Of a stretch of DNA of 64,000 nt, positions 59,885 to 64,000 are shown in pieces (positions within the stretch are counted from its first letter, which is position 1; each line of letters begins with the position of its first letter). The stretch is from assembly GCA_038227875.1 (NCBI GenBank), contig JBBRPR010000001.1, positions 256,001-320,000 on the forward strand, given 5' to 3'. Position numbers and translations under genes: made by a program. The notes under the pieces are model-generated. The model was not told the origin of the DNA. It made no database searches and was given only the letters and a program-made list of their open reading frames with translations. The stretch is from Planctomycetota bacterium. GTDB taxonomy: Bacteria > Planctomycetota > SZUA-567 > H5-PLA8.

Positions 59885-60847
59885 ATGGAATTGTTAAACG
59901 GACTGGTGGTGTGGCGTGAACTGAAACCCAATACTGCTTGGGCGCTTTGCGGTGTGATCACCTTGCTGGTGGCCGGTTCACTCGCGGTGCGGGTGTTGCG
60001 CGTGCTGCGTCCGCAGAAGGATTTCACGGAGCTTCGGCTGCGGGTGCGAACGTGGTGGGTCATGGCGGGGCTGTTCGTGCTGGCCCTGGCGTTGAAGGAT
60101 ACGTATGCGATCTGCTTTTTTGGCTTCATTAGCTTTCTGGCGCTGAAAGAATTCCTGTCCTTGATCCCGACGCGCCGTGCAGACCGGCGCGTGCTATTCT
60201 GGGCGTATCTTGCCATTCCCTTTCAATATTACTGGGTGAGCATTGGCTGGTATGGGATGTTCATTGCCTTCATTCCGGTCTTTGTCTTTATTGCGCTTCC
60301 GGTGCGGATGGTGATGATTGGCGAGACGTCCGGATTTATCCGGGCCGTCGGCACGCTGCATTGGGGGTTAATGACGACGGTCTTCACCCTCAGTCACATC
60401 GCCTATCTCCTGGTGCTTCCAATGGCAGGTAATCCAGTCGCGGGCGGAGCCGGCCTGGTGCTTTATCTGGTCGGCCTGACGCAACTTAATGACGTCGCGC
60501 AATACTGCTGGGGTAAGTCGTTCGGCAAACATAAGGTCATTCCGCTGGTCAGCCCCAATAAGACTTGGGAGGGTTTGATCGGCGGCATCGCCACCACCAC
60601 CGCATTGGCTGTCGCGCTCGCGCCCGTTCTGACCCCCTTGACCCGTCGTGAAGCATTGCTGGCGGGCTTGATCATCGGCCCTGGTGGATTTTTGGGCGAC
60701 GCAACGATCGCGTCGTTCAAACGGGATTTGGGAATCAAAGACAGCGGCAGCATCCTGCCGGGCCACGGTGGAATCCTGGACCGCGTCAACAGCCTCACGT
60801 TTACGGCGCCGCTCTTTTTTCACTACATCTGGTACACGCATTTTTAA
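59885..60847 (+). CDS. ynbB: Phosphatidate cytidylyltransferase (YnbB-like CdsA paralogue)
   Basis: RVRTWWVM, NDVAQYCWGK, SPNKTWEG, KRDLGIKDSG..PGHGGILDR. Confidence 0.9.
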   Translation: MELLNGLVVWRELKPNTAWALCGVITLLVAGSLAVRVLRVLRPQKDFTELRLRVRTWWVMAGLFVLALALKDTYAICFFGFISFLALKEFLSLIPTRRADRRVLFWAYLAIPFQYYWVSIGWYGMFIAFIPVFVFIALPVRMVMIGETSGFIRAVGTLHWGLMTTVFTLSHIAYLLVLPMAGNPVAGGAGLVLYLVGLTQLNDVAQYCWGKSFGKHKVIPLVSPNKTWEGLIGGIATTTALAVALAPVLTPLTRREALLAGLIIGPGGFLGDATIASFKRDLGIKDSGSILPGHGGILDRVNSLTFTAPLFFHYIWYTHF

Positions 60848-60861
60848 AGCGGAGCGGACCG

Positions 60862-61503
60862 ATGTCGCGAATCTTACGGCCATTGTTCTTTCTGATTGTC
60901 GTCCGGCCACTGGTGCTGATCGTGCTCGGACTGAATATTCGCCGCCGCGAACTTCTTCCTGCAACCGGGCCGGTGATTCTCGTGGCCAATCACAACAGTC
61001 ATCTGGACACGATGGTTCTGATGACGCTTTTTCCACTATCACTTTTGCCGAGACTGCGGCCTGTGGCGGCGGCCGATTACTTTCTGAGCAACCGTCTGCT
61101 GGCTTGGTTTGCGCTCAACATCATCCAGATTGTGCCGTTGAAGCGTGGCGCGCCGGTGCGCGGCGAGGATCCACTTCAAACCTGCAACGAGGCGCTGGAG
61201 CGCGGAGATATCCTGATTCTCTTTCCTGAAGGCACGCGGGGTGATCCGGAGAAGCTAACGAATTTCAAGAGCGGCGTGGCTCATCTGGCCAAGCGCCATC
61301 CAGACATTCCCGTTGTCCCCATCTTCCTGCACGGACTGGGCAAGGCCTTGCCGAAGGGCGAGGCGCTGATCGTCCCGTTTTTTTGTGATGTGTTTGTCGG
61401 CGAGAAAATCGGCTGGACTGGCGACCGGCAGACGTTCATGAACACGCTGGAATCCAGTATCAAAAACCTGGCGGAAGAAGGGCATTTTACGCCGTGGAAC
61501 TGA
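60862..61503 (+). CDS. Lysophospholipid acyltransferase (PlsC family)
   Basis: NHNSHLD, AAADYF, FPEGTRG, FKSG. Confidence 0.93.
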   Translation: MSRILRPLFFLIVVRPLVLIVLGLNIRRRELLPATGPVILVANHNSHLDTMVLMTLFPLSLLPRLRPVAAADYFLSNRLLAWFALNIIQIVPLKRGAPVRGEDPLQTCNEALERGDILILFPEGTRGDPEKLTNFKSGVAHLAKRHPDIPVVPIFLHGLGKALPKGEALIVPFFCDVFVGEKIGWTGDRQTFMNTLESSIKNLAEEGHFTPWN

Positions 61504-61513
61504 GGTTGAATTC

Positions 61514-62962
61514 ATGAGCGGCAATTTCAAGCTGACCCATCTCGGTTCCCAGACCGGCGCGGAGGCGACGGCTGTTCGCGCGGAGCGCAACGTATCCGCC
61601 TACGCGAAATTTCTAGCCGCGCATACCTTCGAGCGGGAAAAAGGGTTCGCGGCGCGTCCGTTCGTCGACAAGAAGAGCTACCTGACCGCATACAACTTCG
61701 CGGAACTACTCGGCGACGACTTCGACCGGACTTTCACGATATTCAAATCGTCGGGATCGTCCGGACAGGCCTTCTATTGGCCGCAACTGAAAGACGCGCA
61801 CCGGTCATCGAGCGATTCGCTCCGCCGGCTGCTGGAGGGATCGTTCGCGATTCACCAGCGGCGCACGCTCGCGATTGTTGGTCTGGCGCTGGGGAGTTGG
61901 ATTGGCGGGGAGCACTTCTCCTGGGTGCTGAAAAGCATGGCGGTGGAATCGCCGTACCCGTTCTCGGTATTCTCGCCGGGCAGTTGTCACGATGAAATCA
62001 TCGAGATGGCGCGGCGCGCCAGCCCGTTTGTCGATCAGATTATTCTGTTTGTCTGTCCGTCCGCGATCGCTCATTTGATCCTCCGAGCCGAACAAACTCA
62101 GCGACCGCTGCCACTGGCGAAAATGCGATACATCGTCATCGGCGAGCCATTCCCCGAAAGTGTGCGCCTGTCGCTACAGCGCAAGTCCGGTGTCGCGGGC
62201 GCGGAACCGGTTCTGCTCTCGGTCTACGGAAGCGCGGACACCGGCGCACTGGGCTTTGAATCGCCAGCGTCCATTGCGCTGCGCCAAATCCTGAACGAAA
62301 ACCGCCAGCTCGCCACGGATCTGGGCGCCAGCGGACCGGTGCCTCATTTCTTTCATTGCTGCGCCCCCGATGCCTTTATCGAAAGCGTGAACGGTGAACT
62401 CTGCATCACCCGCTGGCAGGGCATTCCGCTCGTCCGCTACAATCTTCACGACAGCGTGCTTCTTTACGCCTGGCCGGCATTGCGTCAGCGGTTGCTGGCT
62501 GAATCCTGCGATCCCATCTTGAAATCCGTGATTGAGGCCGCGCCCGAACTTCCCGACCTGATTGCAATTCCCGGGCGTTCGGATAACTGCCTGATCCTCT
62601 GCGGCAGCAACATCTCCGAAACCATGCTCGACGCCGCGGTCCGCTCCGAGGAACTCTCGGCTTGGCTGACGGGAATGTATAAAGCACGCGTCATTCTGGA
62701 CGATGAACGCCAGTACTTGGAACTCGCGCTGGAATTCAAGAGCGGAGCGGCGGCCAATCGCGAGAACATCGATGCCGTTTACCGCGCGCTGGTTCAGACC
62801 CTTGGGCGCGAGCAACCGGAATTCCTGGACGATTGGCGGAACGTGTATTGCAAGTGGGATGATGATCCGCCGCGGCGCATTCTGAGGCTCCATTGCGTCG
62901 CATGGCCGGAACTCTCGCGAGGCACCGAGAAGGAAATCAAGCAGCGGGGCATCCGCACATGA
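61514..62962 (+). CDS. Phenylacetate-CoA ligase (PaaK/CapK)-like adenylating enzyme
   Basis: SSGSSG loop, IGEPF, YGSADTG, PLVRYNLHD, GRSD. Confidence 0.8.
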   Translation: MSGNFKLTHLGSQTGAEATAVRAERNVSAYAKFLAAHTFEREKGFAARPFVDKKSYLTAYNFAELLGDDFDRTFTIFKSSGSSGQAFYWPQLKDAHRSSSDSLRRLLEGSFAIHQRRTLAIVGLALGSWIGGEHFSWVLKSMAVESPYPFSVFSPGSCHDEIIEMARRASPFVDQIILFVCPSAIAHLILRAEQTQRPLPLAKMRYIVIGEPFPESVRLSLQRKSGVAGAEPVLLSVYGSADTGALGFESPASIALRQILNENRQLATDLGASGPVPHFFHCCAPDAFIESVNGELCITRWQGIPLVRYNLHDSVLLYAWPALRQRLLAESCDPILKSVIEAAPELPDLIAIPGRSDNCLILCGSNISETMLDAAVRSEELSAWLTGMYKARVILDDERQYLELALEFKSGAAANRENIDAVYRALVQTLGREQPEFLDDWRNVYCKWDDDPPRRILRLHCVAWPELSRGTEKEIKQRGIRT

Positions 62963-63549
62963 ACGATCCAGAGTCTGGCGCCGACAATAACAGATGGATG
63001 CGCTGGCTGCTGGGCGTGCCGGGACTCGCCGTTGGATTTCTGTGGGGCGCGGCAGAAGGTAGCTTCTTCTTCATCATCCCCGATCTGATTATCACGTTAG
63101 TTGCGTTGTTCTCGTTTAAACGCTCACTGCTGCAAATTGCCGCGGTACTTGCCGGATCCCTCCTTGCCGGAGCGAGCATGTACGCGTGGGGCCAGGCGAG
63201 TCCTGATGCGGCGAAGGATGCGGTGAAGAGAGTTCCGTTTGTGCGCGGGAGCATGTTCGAAAAAACGCAGCGTGATTTTGAATCCTCGGGCGCCTGGGCT
63301 CTGTGTGCGGGTCCGATGTCAGGCATTCCCTATAAAGTTTACGCGATTCAAGCTCCGGCCTATTGCTCGCTGCCGGCTTTTCTGCTCGCCAGCATCCCTG
63401 CACGGCTGGAACGATTTGTCATGGCCTGGGCCGTGTTCGCCGTGGTGGGATGGTTCCTGAGGCGCCGCAAGAAAGGGCCGGCAGCGGCTTTGGTCTTCTT
63501 TTCGGTTTACTGGACGGCCGTGTACGCGGTCTACTGGAGCACGATCTGA
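62959..63549 (+). CDS. YqaA/DedA-like membrane protein
   Basis: AEGSFFFIIPD, GSLLAG..MYAWG, GIPYKVYAI, ARLERF. Confidence 0.75.
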   Translation: MNDPESGADNNRWMRWLLGVPGLAVGFLWGAAEGSFFFIIPDLIITLVALFSFKRSLLQIAAVLAGSLLAGASMYAWGQASPDAAKDAVKRVPFVRGSMFEKTQRDFESSGAWALCAGPMSGIPYKVYAIQAPAYCSLPAFLLASIPARLERFVMAWAVFAVVGWFLRRRKKGPAAALVFFSVYWTAVYAVYWSTI

Positions 63550-63588
63550 ACAGGGCGCGATGGGCATGCGCCCCGCCGGAGCCGTAAG

Positions 63589-64000
63589 ATGCGTAATTTG
63601 AAGTTCAACGAAGTCATCAACGTCGCGGCTCATATGCTGACGCGTGGGCGGTTGTTGAAGAAGACGCCGTTCTATTCCCTGGACGAAATGCAGCATTGGC
63701 AGCTCAACCGGATTCGTGAGGGCGTCGAACACGCTTATGCCCACATTCCATTTTACCATGATCATTACACGGAGGCGGGCTTCAAGCCCGGCGATCTAAA
63801 GTCGTGGGATGATTTTCGGCGACTGCCGTGCGTGACTAAAGATCAGGTGATTGCGAACTATCCGCAGCGCATGTTACGTTCCGGTTTCAACCTGGATGAA
63901 TTGATCGTCTCGCGGAGCAGCGGTTCCAGCGGCAAGGTGCTCGATATCGCTTACGACAGTACGGCCATGATGACATTCGTTCTCGCCGGCCTCCGTCTGT
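63589..64000 (+). CDS. Second PaaK/CapK-like adenylating enzyme, 3'-truncated by window edge
   Basis: Translated by hand: QLNRIREGVEHAYAHIPFY..LPCVTKD..SRSSGSSGK; no stop before the edge. Confidence 0.85.
   Translation, partial: MRNLKFNEVINVAAHMLTRGRLLKKTPFYSLDEMQHWQLNRIREGVEHAYAHIPFYHDHYTEAGFKPGDLKSWDDFRRLPCVTKDQVIANYPQRMLRSGFNLDELIVSRSSGSSGKVLDIAYDSTAMMTFVLAGLRL

Overview
GC-rich bacterial chromosomal window. The gene content (Ser/Thr kinases with TPRs, PQQ beta-propeller, prenyltransferase-repeat protein, ECF/ZAS pairs, HEAT repeats, Uma2, OmpH) suggests Planctomycetota/PVC; this is an inference. From left to right it holds: (1) a chemosensory operon cheA-cheW-mcp-mcp-cheR-cheD-cheY-cheX-cheB, with cheA cut by the window edge; (2) a mixed signalling/metabolic block; (3) a housekeeping run of glyA, aspC-greA-pheA-tpiA-secG-secG-yicC-gmk-rpoZ-coaC-coaB and queG; (4) an accessory block at 36.6-47.3 kb with a binding-protein/hybrid-kinase pair, an AT-rich duplicated non-coding unit, a frameshifted compact secDF and nested palindromic repeats; (5) a sigma4/anti-sigma/prenyltransferase-repeat fusion and an ECF sigma/anti-sigma pair; (6) a PP2C-kinase fusion divergent from an APC permease with a repetitive loop insertion; (7) a ynbA-ynbB-acyltransferase lipid cluster extended by two PaaK-like ligases and a DedA-like protein, running off the right edge. 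I recognised no rRNA, tRNA, CRISPR array or intact transposase. All calls come from reading motifs by eye; no database search was run.
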